Below, piece by piece: positions 13,130 to 25,300 of a stretch of 64,000 bases of DNA (position 1 is the stretch's first letter; the number at the start of each line of letters is the position of its first letter). Made by a program: the position numbers and the translations under genes. Source of the stretch: Balanoglossus misakiensis (Eukaryota > Animalia > Hemichordata); the NCBI GenBank assembly GCA_040954595.2, contig CM082578.2, forward strand, positions 1,098,831 to 1,162,830. Direction: 5' to 3'. A model generated the notes under the pieces. The model saw only the letters and a program-made list of their open reading frames with translations, did no database searches and was not told the origin of the DNA.

Positions 13130-14340
13130 ATGGCTTCCAGAAGGGTTATAGATACAGTGTTTTGTAATAACAAGAATTAACATGAAACTATAATTTCATG
13201 GTTAATTTAGGACCGCCTTAATCTATGGTAACGTCATTAAATATTTGCATATCTAATTGTAGGCTATCCAGTGGAGAGAGAAACCTAAACATGGACAACA
13301 TTGGGGTCAAAATTGTTTGACAAAACTTTGGGTGACTTTGGGTAAACCTTGACCAACATTACTATATCTTGGCATCCAGAGCAGATGCAACCTTGACACT
13401 TGGAGTGATGGAAATGCATAATGGAGTATTATGTCTCAGCTAGTCACAGTGCTTTTGCTGTGTTTTATGTCTTTTATTTAGCCACATGAGATGTTTTTTA
13501 TTACACATTGGCTGTGTTTGCCAGTACTTTTTAGCTGGTCACACTGCCTTAAGACAATGTATTCTCAAAATACCATGCAATCATTATGAAGCATATACAG
13601 CAGACAAAGTTATGGTATGACTGAACTTGCCCTTCTTTGTGACTAAAGCATGACCGGCCTGTCTTAGGTGGCCCCTACCTAGGGGCTTTACCCGTCATTG
13701 GCTCACAGTCTGAGAAATCAGCTTTGCAGGGAAGTTAACGATGTAACCCACCATTTAAAGCTTGGATTTCCGCTTTTTGTATCTGATGCCTGGCTGAGGC
13801 CTTCTTGGGATCTACCCAACGCTGAGTAGGCTATCCCGTCATTGGCACACAGTCTCAGGGAGGGAGTCAAAAGTTCAGTATACCAGCAAAGCCTTTATAT
13901 TGTCCATTCTTTTTAAGAGAAGGCTGGCTGCTGTAGAAAAATGTTGATCTCAAATTTATCATGTCCAAAAAAAGGCAGACTTCCAGCCCTATTGGTTAGG
14001 CTGGCATTATGTATGTACATAATTAATGAGGCAAGACATAATATTCCATTACATAGTTCCATCACTCCAAGTGTCAAGGATGTATCTGTGCCGGATGCCA
14101 AGATAGGAATGTAGGTCAAAGTTTACCCAAGATCACCCAAAAGTTTGTCAAAAGATTTTGACCCCGAAGTTGTCCATGTCCAGGTTACCACATCCACTAG
14201 AATAAGATATGCACATATTTAATGAGGTTACCATAGCTCAAGGGGGTCTTTAATTAACCATCAACATTTAGTTTCATATTAATGCATGTTAATATAATAC
14301 ACTGTATCTATAACCCTACTGGTAAGCCTAGAATTAGGTA
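13130..14340. repeat. Inner inverted repeat (~300-bp arms) around a ~600-bp core, left arm
   Basis: 13140-13440 is the reverse complement of 14035-14335. Confidence 0.88.
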
Positions 14341-17300
14341 CATGCGAAAGTTTTTGACAAGATAGATAAGTTGTAAAATATGTACATGAACCTGACAATT
14401 GACTTAAAATAACATAAGGCAGACTTGATACTTATCGGAGATAGATACTAATAACAACAGTGATGTTAATTACACCGGGAATGTTTGTCTTATTATAGCT
14501 ACATGTAAAAGACTGCTTGAGGTAATGTAATGAAAGTGACCACTTGCGATTCACCTTCAAAGTGCTATGCAAGTCTATGATACATTGTTTTTCCAATGAT
14601 TGGACAAAGGATATTCATAATGTGTAATTAAGGCTGGATAGCATTTTCAATGTAATAAGCCCTGCCTTCACTATAATCTTACGCCAAATCAACATTGTTC
14701 AGTTTATGTTAATAACTTCACTAAGGGACACTTGTTACATCAAATTTCCCAGCAAGGGGTGTCAGATTATTGGGCAAGTGGCATGCATGACACTAGACGA
14801 TACTTTTGGAAGCAAAGCGGACAGAACATGGCTGGATATAGACTAGGTAATTCTGAATGTGACCATGAACTGTACCACAAACTCTGTATTGTATGTTTCT
14901 GAAGAATCCCATTTAACCCAGACATCAACATACTTCAACCTTGTAAGAAGTAGAACATACATGATTTACTAGTAAATATTTGCTAGGTTATTAGACACTT
15001 TGGATTACACAAAAATAGGTGTGTACACCGCTGTGACATTGCCAAGCAGATATGACCTACCAGGTAACCTAATACAATTTCACAGGAATCGGAGTATTTT
15101 CAGTGAAAACAACATTTCTTCAACAATGACAAAAACTGCCTCAACCACAAAAATTCAGATATCAACAAATCCAACAATATCTCACTTCAATCACCACAAG
15201 GAACATGCCTACCAAAATTGAAAGCAATCTGACATGCGGTTTCAAAGAATACAAATTGCAAAAATTGCCTCAAGACCACAAATATGCAAATTTCACCAAA
15301 ATGATATACAACATTACTTGGGTTACCTCATGGAACAAGCAAACCAAAATTTAAATGCAACCTGACCTGACATGGAGTTTCAGAGAAAATGATTTTAGAC
15401 TAAAAATGATAAAATTATATTTCCCAAAAATTACAAATTTTGCCACAATTTAAACAATACTAACAAATATTACCTATAGGAAATAGCATACTAAATTCTA
15501 GATACAATTCACGATATTAGCTGAAAGTATATCAGGCGTGACATAAGCTACATGCATACAAATGTTCAAAGCAATCTGACCAGTTGTTGAGTTTCTGAGT
15601 TTTGATCAATTTCTCATTGCTCCAGGTAATTAGCATATTTCATTTGAACAGGCGTGCCTGCATCTAAAAACCCAATATCAATACTTACCACACAGACTCT
15701 GTATTGTATGTTTCTGGAGTAATCAAATAAAACCAATCATGAAAATACTTCAACCTTCTTAATATGAACAAAATCCTATTTACAGGCTGGCCTGCATCTA
15801 CACACCAAATATCAAGGGGATACGCGAAGGGGTTTTCAAGTTTTTGATGTGGACAGACATACATACATCCATACATACTACATACACACATACAGAGGCA
15901 ACTGACTGGTCAGAAGGCATGAGCAAAAATGCAGGAAATCAATGTTGTGACACTGGTAGTAGGCCTTAATGTGTACAATATCAAGACAGTTTATTTAACA
16001 TGAAGTTTGATATGTTGATAATCATTCAGAGCTAAGCATATTTTGAAATTGTAAAATTAATATCAATCACATGAAAACTGACAGCATGCTTTCATTTGGA
16101 AATTTAGGTATTGTAATTAACACTAACAGTCATGAAACTATTGAATCGTCAATAAAATCATACAGTAGAAATTAATGGGTTTTCTATTTATATGCGATAT
16201 GAAAATGCAACTTGTGGTCCTTCGGCCAGTAAGAGGCATCAGATAATATTGTAAGACCCAGTTGCCCAATTGATTAGACCTACATGTATGCGCTGTGTGA
16301 AGCGCAAGTTATGGCAACTGAATTCACAGGACACTGAAGAAAGTGGAATCACTCAAGGTACATATGTATACATGTAGGCTAACAATTGAATCACAACACA
16401 GAGAATAGTTCTCCATATTCATTTTTAATACGATAAGATTCACTGAATTGGCGCATCCATGGGCAGGCAAGGTTAGTTCCAACTCAGTTTGCAAATCAGG
16501 CCCATGTATCTTGTTCCCTGAGACTGTCTGCTTCTAATAATAGCTGTAAGAACATAATCGTTGACCGAACGGTTGGTTCAATTTTGCAACATTTTATGAT
16601 TTCAAGCTGTGCAATATTTGCAACTCAGTTTCAACTTTGGTTGGAGGGATGATGATGAAGCAATTTCACTGACAAAATAGCACTACTAACTGACGTCAAT
16701 ATTTGTTCAAAGTTAAATGCATTGCCATCAGAAAAATGTATACGAAAAGTTTCGTATGTGAATAATAACACTTTTTCGCATAACTGCAAACCCTGTCACA
16801 GTTGTGAAATTCTAAGAAAATTCATTCATTAGGTAGAATTCGTGCTTTATGAATCCTTAAACAAACTTAGTCATGAAACCTAAATGGTTACCTTACACAT
16901 GTGGAGGCTCGACTTCTGTGATATGATAGTCTTCAATTAATGTGTATGTGATTCCATACAAATCCATATGATTACCTGAACGTACAAAATAAATAAAAAA
17001 TAAATACATAAGTTAAAAATAAATAAGTATCTCATACATATGCATAAGTGCTTGCGAGAAATATATCATATATCTAAATAAACCTGTCATTTATTGACCT
17101 CATTTTCCCAGTAAACCAAAGGACTAAATTGCACTTTAATATTACAGCTTCATTTCAATGCAACAGGTACACTACATCATAAGGGAACAAATATGCCAGC
17201 TCAACATTTATATAAACAGTGTCAAAATTTAAGTGGCTACAAAAGCTTGTGTCCCTTCAATCCATCCTCCCACTCAGGTCAAACGTGTTACATATTAAAA

Positions 17301-18346
17301 TTGCAATGTGCATACAATACAATTAGTCTTTTGTAAATTCAGACTGAGAAAATATGACTGATAAACATTATCTGGCACATGTTGGTGAATGGCTGGCGTT
17401 GATGTTGTGGGTTGAAATCCGAACTATGATTATCGCGGGTACAAATCACATTTATTTTCTCAGAGACAACACGTTTGCAACTTCGGGACAGAAAGGTGAA
17501 AACGAACATCATTAGTTCTTGGGAAAAAACTCTGAAATCAATTTCGGTGAGGTCAAATGTGTTCCAAAGGCAAACCGTTTCTGGTAAACAAATCAATGGC
17601 AAATAGTTACTTCGGCGACTTACCATTCAATCAACATGGCTGCCAAATCGTTGGATATCCCGGTTTCATCTCGCGATCATTCTATCTTCCGATATGGCGT
17701 TGCTTGGTTAAATTCGTCTCTTCTTTGCCGACATAGTCGGGCGACAGCGGTCCAGAAGCATATACAGCGACGCCATCTTGTTTACAATGTGAAGTATCAA
17801 CTGCGCATGCTCAATGGTTGTTGATTGGAAAGTGGGCAGAGCCTGCAAGATCCAGGGTTCGCTTGACCGGCCAAACACGGTTATTCTCCCTGGACCAAAT
17901 CATTTAAGCGTCAGGCGTAATACATCACATAATTGACTGGAAAACTAAACAGTCTTCCACCTATATATCAACACAGTTTATTAAACTAGCACCCGCGCAA
18001 ATATTTACAAGTATATGATTAAAATTGATCAAATCATTAATCGCACGGTTACAGCTGTCATAGTTTCTAATAATATTATTCACTGGTAGCGCTGACATAC
18101 CATGTTGAAACTTGTCGCGGAAAACAAGATAATTGATCTTACGGTGTCATTTGTTTTTAAAAAGTGCTTAATAACTATTGATCCCATTGATATATTTTTC
18201 CATATTTATATATTTTTCGCAAATTTTGACTGCTTGGGCTACTAATAGCATGGTGATCACAATGGATTTACCACCTCCCAGCTGCGTTATAAAAGAATGC
18301 CTATTCTGTGGACACTAGCCTCATCGAAGACCGAACGTGTTCATCG

Positions 18347-20534
18347 ATGTTTCCATTCATGACGAACTCCAATGCAGGCGTCGCAGTCATTCTGGCTTTC
18401 ACGCTGTGGGCACCTCTGGTGACAGCAATTCCCAACAAGTTGCGGGTAAGTAATCACACAACCTATATGAGTGAAAGTTTCTTGTCATTTTCGCAACGTC
18501 AAGGTTGATATTCTCTTCTTGGATCGAAAATGTGTGACACAACAAATGAATCTGCGTGGCAGGGTCGGCTGTGTCTTTTGCTTCGAGGCATAGTCGTCAG
18601 ACACACATCCCTAACACGCGAAGCCAGCTTATCCTTTGATCAAATGGCAGCGCTATTCTAAATATTTTACAGCATGCCGTAAAGGACAAACACGTGCCGC
18701 TGGAAGAGGCCAACACTCAGCAGAGACGGCAAGATGTTAACGGAGGTGAGCCCCAACAATAAATTAATATTGTTCCTTTTATTTAGAAAACGCCGCATAA
18801 TTAGCCAACCAATCATGGTTATGAGAAACCTCCAAAATACAATGTATCGATATTTACTGCATCTTTTCATACTTCGCCCGCGCTTTAAAAACCCTATAGC
18901 TGCTAAAATTGGCATATTTTTTTCCAGAGTAAAATACTTCATATGTATATTCCCTATTCCCTAAAATCTTCACCCGTGACCATTAAGCCATATTACTTGC
19001 ATTTGCATTGGTTTGTCATCACTTGGCGTCGCATTTCACGATAGCTGCTTAGCTGCTATTGTTTGTATGAAGGCTGATTAAATCGGTGAGGCACCGTTTT
19101 AATACATAGCATGTTCCAATTGCAACATGCAGTCACAATCGGGCATCGATAAGATGTTTATGTATACCTATCAGTAAGCTTATTTTGATGAACCAATTTA
19201 AGTTGGAAAATAAAATCATGAAAATAATGCAAAAAGTGGCAGCTTTGGAGGCTTTAAACTACAGTTCTCCCAAATTGTCTTGACTAAATGACATACATGT
19301 GGTCAAAAGTTCTGACTGCAGAAGAGGTTGCAGCTGTGGCGGGGGACTGTTCAATTGGAGGAAATATATTTACATGGAATACAGACAATATTGAAATGGC
19401 AGCAGAAATAGTTCCTACTGAAAAGAATGCTATCTGCAGTGAGTATCACGACTTTAAAATGAAAGATTTTGCAAATTAAAAAAAAATATTGAGTGTTTTG
19501 ACATGCGTCAGTGGTCAGTAACACACAAGCTGCATGATAAGAGGGTCACGAGAAATTGTAAGCCGCAATGTATAATGGATTAACTCCATGACCTATGCGA
19601 CCTACGAACTGTGACGTACAGAATTTATTTCTACGTGTAATGCGGTCTGCGGCAGTGAGCCACAGACCGCATTGCGAGAGCAGTGAGAATTCACCACAAT
19701 GCAAACTTTCTGAACGTAGGTTGATCTTCGAATGAAATATTACCTTGTCACCAGTTTTCCACATGGCTACAGTGTAAAATTGGGTGACGTGTTCGTTCAC
19801 AAGTGGAATAATTGTGAGTAGTAAAGCACGCGAAGTTAAGCAACGAGCACGTTTTGAAATGCGCGCAGATGATCCCAGTTTCAGGCCATTGCGTGCATGC
19901 AAAAAAAATAATACTGTACCGGGGGTGAGCCTACTTTCTTTCCATACAGATACACGTATATGTTGGTTAAGGTATGTGACAAACAGTTTTCATGTAACAG
20001 CCAGTGATGCTGACCATAAAACCAGCGCAGCTGATGCTTTCATCTACAATTTGCAACATGGACGTTTGTGTCTCTGCATGTGTCGTGCATGTTACTGCTG
20101 AACAAAAAAGATATGCGGGCACCACAGGCTGGCGAAAGCGGTGCTCACGTGCTCTGCAAGCTGATGTTGTCACTAAATTGGCAAAGTATTGTACACATGG
20201 AGGAGTTTCTTGAGCTGTATGTTGTATAAATGTCGGTTGTGAGTACATTATTTTTTATTTTTTTTAATAATTTTCAAAGCCTCTGTGATTGAAGCATATT
20301 ATTACGACTCATCCGTTCATCATTCATTCATTCATTCATTCATTCATTCATTCATTCATTCATTCATTCATTCATTCATTCATTCATCCATTCAGTCAGT
20401 CAGTCAGTCACTGTACCAATTGAAGACGCCCTTGTATAGGAGAATTTAGCTATGTACTGACTGTCTTTTCATTTTTTCTTCATCCTATAGAATCTACCGA
20501 CCTGGTCGCTGTCAATAACAATTCAACTCCTTAA
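18347..20534 (+). pseudogene. Remnant of a secreted pentraxin-domain gene
   Basis: TATAAAAG at ~18288; signal-peptide exon MTNSNAGVAVILAFTLWAPLVTAIPNKLR|GTAAGT (to 18445); pentraxin C-terminal motif YMWSKVLTAEEVAAVAGDCSIGGNIFTWN (~19288-19438, donor GTGAGT); short terminal exon 20491-20534; AATAAA at ~20804. Most of the pentraxin domain is missing. Confidence 0.6.
20316..20410. repeat. (TTCA)n/(GTCA)n microsatellite
   Basis: Direct reading. Confidence 0.95.
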
Positions 20535-22325
20535 ACATCCTGTGAGTGTGAAGTCTATGAACACTGGCCATGCATTTCAATTCAAGGACAAAATGAATGC
20601 GCAATATTTCGTTTTATCGAGAGTAATGTGCAGTGATTAAATTTGCTAGGGCTCTCTTAGCAGATTTGGAGTTAGTCATTTTGGTAGAAACTTTTCGAGA
20701 TGGGAAATCTTTGGTCATCTAACCAAGTTATTTGTATTTTTGTTATATAAGACAGAGTCATTTCTATATCATAGATGCAAGTTTAATTTATAACATGAAT
20801 TTGAATAAAATATTTTTTTTAAATATCACCACATGAATTTGAATAAAATATTTTTTTTAAATATCACCAGATTGAAATCTTTGGAAGTCTGCACTTAGAG
20901 GGATGGCATGGCAGTTTTCCACTGTTCATATTACAAAGAATTTGGCGTCACGTGTTGATTTCATGAGTGTTCGAGTGTTGCTCTTCCCAGCCTCGTACCC
21001 ACAATCCTCTGATACTTACACTTACGTCAGTTCTATAGCCGCCGACCCACTAGATTCTCCTTATGAATTGCCCAAATTATTTTTTGGTGTAGTTTTGATA
21101 GTTGGTGCACGGAAACTTTTGATCGATTCACGAAATTCAAAATATGTTACATCACAAACCTCATAAAATGGAGGCTAGAGTAGCCTGTTTGTTTTCAGGT
21201 AATTTTACAATTACCTCAATTACCTTTTTTCGAGGGAGGGGGTTAAGAAAACATACAGATTGAAATAACAAGGAAGTGGTATATCAAACCGAAACCTTAT
21301 CTCAATCGTGATTCTAGAGTGTTTCCATGTCATGTGACATCCACAAAAATGTGGTATAATCTTGAAAAGAGTCCCGATTTCCCAAACTGGTTTTGCGAAT
21401 GTACTTCACTTTGGAGCAATGCATGAGTACATTCGTAGAAAGATATTGCTCCACTATTTACTGACACTCCTCTTGTACTGCAAATATTACTGCATTCTGT
21501 CAGGGCAAGACAAAAGACACAGCAGAACTGCCAGAATTAAAACAGACAACTGGCAATTTCAATAAAACATGTAATAACAAATATATGTAACATTGAATGA
21601 GGTGTCCATACAGCTTGGTCATTTAAAGACCTCCAGTCATTGTGACAATGCATAAATATTTATGTACACCCACAAGCGTTTTAGCCATAGCGGCAGGCCC
21701 TACTTAGTTGGAGGAAATAAATAACAAAGCAACAGCCATTTTCTTCACGTTCCATTGCGTGATATGGCGAGACTTTGCAAGATCAACATGTGCGCGCCCA
21801 TGCGAATGCATGGCCATCGGTGAAAAACATCACTGAATATAGCCGTTTCCGATATTTTTGCGAGTTCGTACTCGAGAAATATGCTTTTTTATCGCATAAA
21901 CTGTAATTTTTTGGAGTTTATATGGATCTTGCCGCGTGATTTGGAAGACATTTGGATCATGACGCAGGTACGTTTGCAATCGACATGTAAACAATGGCGA
22001 GTGAACAGCATCGAATCCCGTTTTTGTGAACTGTAATTTACAGCTAAGATAACATCGAAAATCGAATTATATTTTAATCAAACCGATTTTTATGTGTTCG
22101 TTGTCGAATATTTTGTGTTTTGAGTGTGATGATTTTGTCGGGGTGTTTTTTCCTTGCTTTGGGTTTTTTTTTTTTTGAACGGCATATGTTGTGTGGTTCG
22201 ATGCTTCGATGACCCCTTAAGCTGACCGTGCCCATGGTTACTGTATTGTTTACGTGTACACTGGCGCCAAATTTGATCGAACTACGTTGTCGTCTGCACA
22301 TTTGTCGGGTGCTGCAGCCAGTACG

Positions 22326-25300
22326 ATGACCGGGCGGAAATCTCTCGAGTTCCACAATAACATATTGCTGAATAGATGTCGGATTTGCAGCCGTAAATTT
22401 GCAGAGAAGCCATTTCTGTGCGCAAATATTGGAGACGCTTTAGGTGAATGTTTTGGAATAGATATTTCAACGGATGACCCTGGCATTCACCCAACCCATT
22501 TCTGTAGTAACTGCAAGCGGCTTATAACATCTATTACAAAGGCAAAAGAAACAGGTAAACAGTACAATCATGGGGTACAGTTAACTGGTTGGAAAAAAAC
22601 ATCCGAGAATTGGTGAATGCAGTGTGTGTACTCTTTGCAAAAGTGAACGAAAGCGGAAAGCAGCAAAAAACCGGGGAAGACCTCCAATGACACAAACCAA
22701 AAAACTTGATGGAGACCAAGGACATATACAATCAGAAAACAGTATCCTTGCTGTACAGCAGAAAGCTGGCAAGAAGCTAAGGTCTGCATTAAACTTGTCA
22801 AGGTCACGCTTTTCCTCTGCGAGTCAAGATTTTGAATGTCCAGTTTGCCGAGATGTTGTTGACGAGCCAGTTCAACTTCTGTGTAGTGGGCCCCATGTTT
22901 TTTGTTCTACTTGTTTATGTAAGTGGTTTGAAGAATCAACCACATGCCCCATCTGTCGCCTACGTATTATGCCAGGTGATATTGTCATTGTCCCATTAGT
23001 ATTGTCAAATATGCTGTCGTCTCTAAATATTGTGTGTGACATTGCAAATGCTGGTTGTTCAGAAGTTGTGCCACTACAAGACCTTTGCTCTCACACAAAT
23101 CAATGTGCCTTCAAAACTATCGCCAAGGAACATAATTATGCCTCACCATGCCCCTTCAACATGCGTGTCAACAAGGGACAGGTCAGTATTGATAATCCCA
23201 GTCCCCAACAATCACAAATAAATGAAGAGATTGGCAAACCTGAAGTAACCCCTGTTCAAGCCGCTAAAACGTTACTGCAGACATCAGCCGATATCCACAC
23301 TCTGCCAATGTTTGAACAACTCGCCACAACTATTGTCAAGAAGAAGCTGGAATTTGAATCAAGTGGTTTAATTAAATTCAAAACAGGTGGTCAAGTGAGT
23401 ATACTTCTTCCTTTATTCTTGTCTTAAAAATAATTCACCCTTGAGTATTTACTTTTGATTTGACTAGGGGGAACAATTATTGATTTTGTTAGTTATAACC
23501 GTACTGCTACATCAGTGTAATATAACTTAAATTGATGCGTAGACGATACTTGTAGAAACTTAAGATATTTTTTGTACTTGCAGCCAATTATGCTGTCCAA
23601 AATTCGGAAGCCAAGAAAGGAAAGTTCTGAGTGTTCAAAGCAAACTCTGGTCTTAAGATCAAAATGCTTATCTGAAGTGAGGCACCAAGTAAGCGGTGGT
23701 GGTAAATCAGCACACATTCAGACAGGAAATGAAATCCAAAGGATGAAGAAGGAGGAAAAAGAATCCCTGCTATCTTCTCTCGGCCTCAGTCCAGATATTC
23801 CACCTGGTGCTGGACTTCTCTTAAAGAGTGATGTTGGGGTCACCTGGTCAACCATGCGGAAAATAAGAAGGTAAGTTGTTAGGGCCCAAGCGCACACGTC
23901 CTTGTTATGTCATGAGATAATACACCCGATAGAAAATTCTGTTTCTTCTCATTCATACTGTGCATATATAATTCGAGATCAGCGCTTGGGCCCGACAATG
24001 CTGCTTGCAGCTTTAATTTCTATCTGTTCTTTATGCAATAATTGTCATGTTTTATTGATGTTTTAACAACAATATGATATATACCTATTAGCAATTACAA
24101 TAGCTGTCTGAGATATTCTGCATGATTAACTAAAAATTATCACATTTTATTATAATCTCTATGCTTAAAGAATGAGGTTTTATGTTGTTAAATTTCAAAC
24201 TTCTTAAACTGTCACCTAGCTGTGCTACATTAATCACTTAGGTCACTGATTGTAGGTTTCATCAAATATGAAGTTTCATTTCAAATGCGGATGGCTAAGA
24301 ATGTGGAATATTCGACTTGAAGGAGAAAACAAAGACCGTGAGAGAATGAAGTCACTTGAGATTCAGCTCCAAATGAAGAACCTACCCTTCACATTTACAG
24401 TAAATGGTACGGGTAGTGGTAAACTTAGTGAAATACGGCTGGCACCATGTGTAGCTGTATCTAATCTTGTTGAAACAGTAATAGGTAGACTTGATACCCT
24501 AGACAGGTAAGATTTGTTTTGTTTTACTGCTATTGACTTTATAGATAGTTGATTGTGTGTTTCATAACTGGCTGGCTTTGTACAATAGCAGCTTGCCTTT
24601 TAAGACTTGTATTTCTATCTCCTTATCACTGTGGTGAGTTTTCACAAATTTTTCTTGTTGAATAGGAAAACATGCATTAGCACACCTTAATTTTTTTTTT
24701 CATTGTAATATGTAAGGTCACATGTATCGCCTGGAGGTACATCCTTGGTAAAGCTGCATGGTTTTGATTTAAGGGTTGAGCCAGTTTTTCTCTCTTTAGA
24801 CTACAGAAACTGACCTGGCATGATGGTCTTATTCCATCTTCTGAAGTCTGGGTAAAGGTTGGAGGTGACCATGGTGGTGGTTCCATGAAATGGGCATTTG
24901 AGATAATGAATGTGGATCACCTCAACAGCATCAACAACACTGTGTGTTGGAGTGTTTTTGAAGCTCCGGATAAATTGACCAACCTAAACACTGCCATGAA
25001 GTTAAACAGTGGGCAAGTTGACTCACTAAATGGTCTAAGGTGGAAGTAAGCATTAATCATAGTACATGTATCTCTGTTAGCAAAAAGAGAGAGACTGACA
25101 CAACAGACAAATGGAACTGAAGGAAGACAGACACAAAGAGACTGAAATTAAAATAGAACACAATTGGATACACTGACAAACAGATCAAAGTGAAACAAAG
25201 AGACGGGGGCAGAAAGAAAAGCCTGGGATGTAAAATGAGGGGACAGACAGATAGAAAATAAGGTAGAAAGGTAACATTGATACTCATTTGTTTTTATGTA

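Larger units (their letters stand above)
9755..16892. mobile_element. Long-TIR non-autonomous element (GGTAACCATTTAG termini, PIF/Harbinger-like), left-arm copy
   Basis: 9755-~11400 (interrupted by a MITE) is the inverted counterpart of ~16030-16892; ends GGTAACC/GGTTACC are flanked by TGA and TTA (imperfect 3-bp TNA). Confidence 0.65.
8515..17815 (+). repeat. Left arm of a ~9.3-kb inverted duplication
   Basis: Collinear reverse-complement matches to 32438-41659, for example 8515-8760 vs 41420-41659, 13650-14040 vs 36470-36850 and 17500-17815 vs 32438-32760. Confidence 0.93.

Noticed and set aside
17771-17780. GCCATCTTG (and its mirror at ~32473) as ProtoRAG TIR nonamers bounding a larger RAG transposon
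   Set aside because: No suitably spaced CAC heptamer or TSD was found; the symmetry is explained by the inverted duplication, and the motif is a common YY1-type sequence.
17339-17824. Similar short ORFs at 17636..17824 and 32243..32602 as a duplicated gene
   Set aside because: The similarity simply reflects the inverted duplication; no domain, and starts and stops are not conserved.
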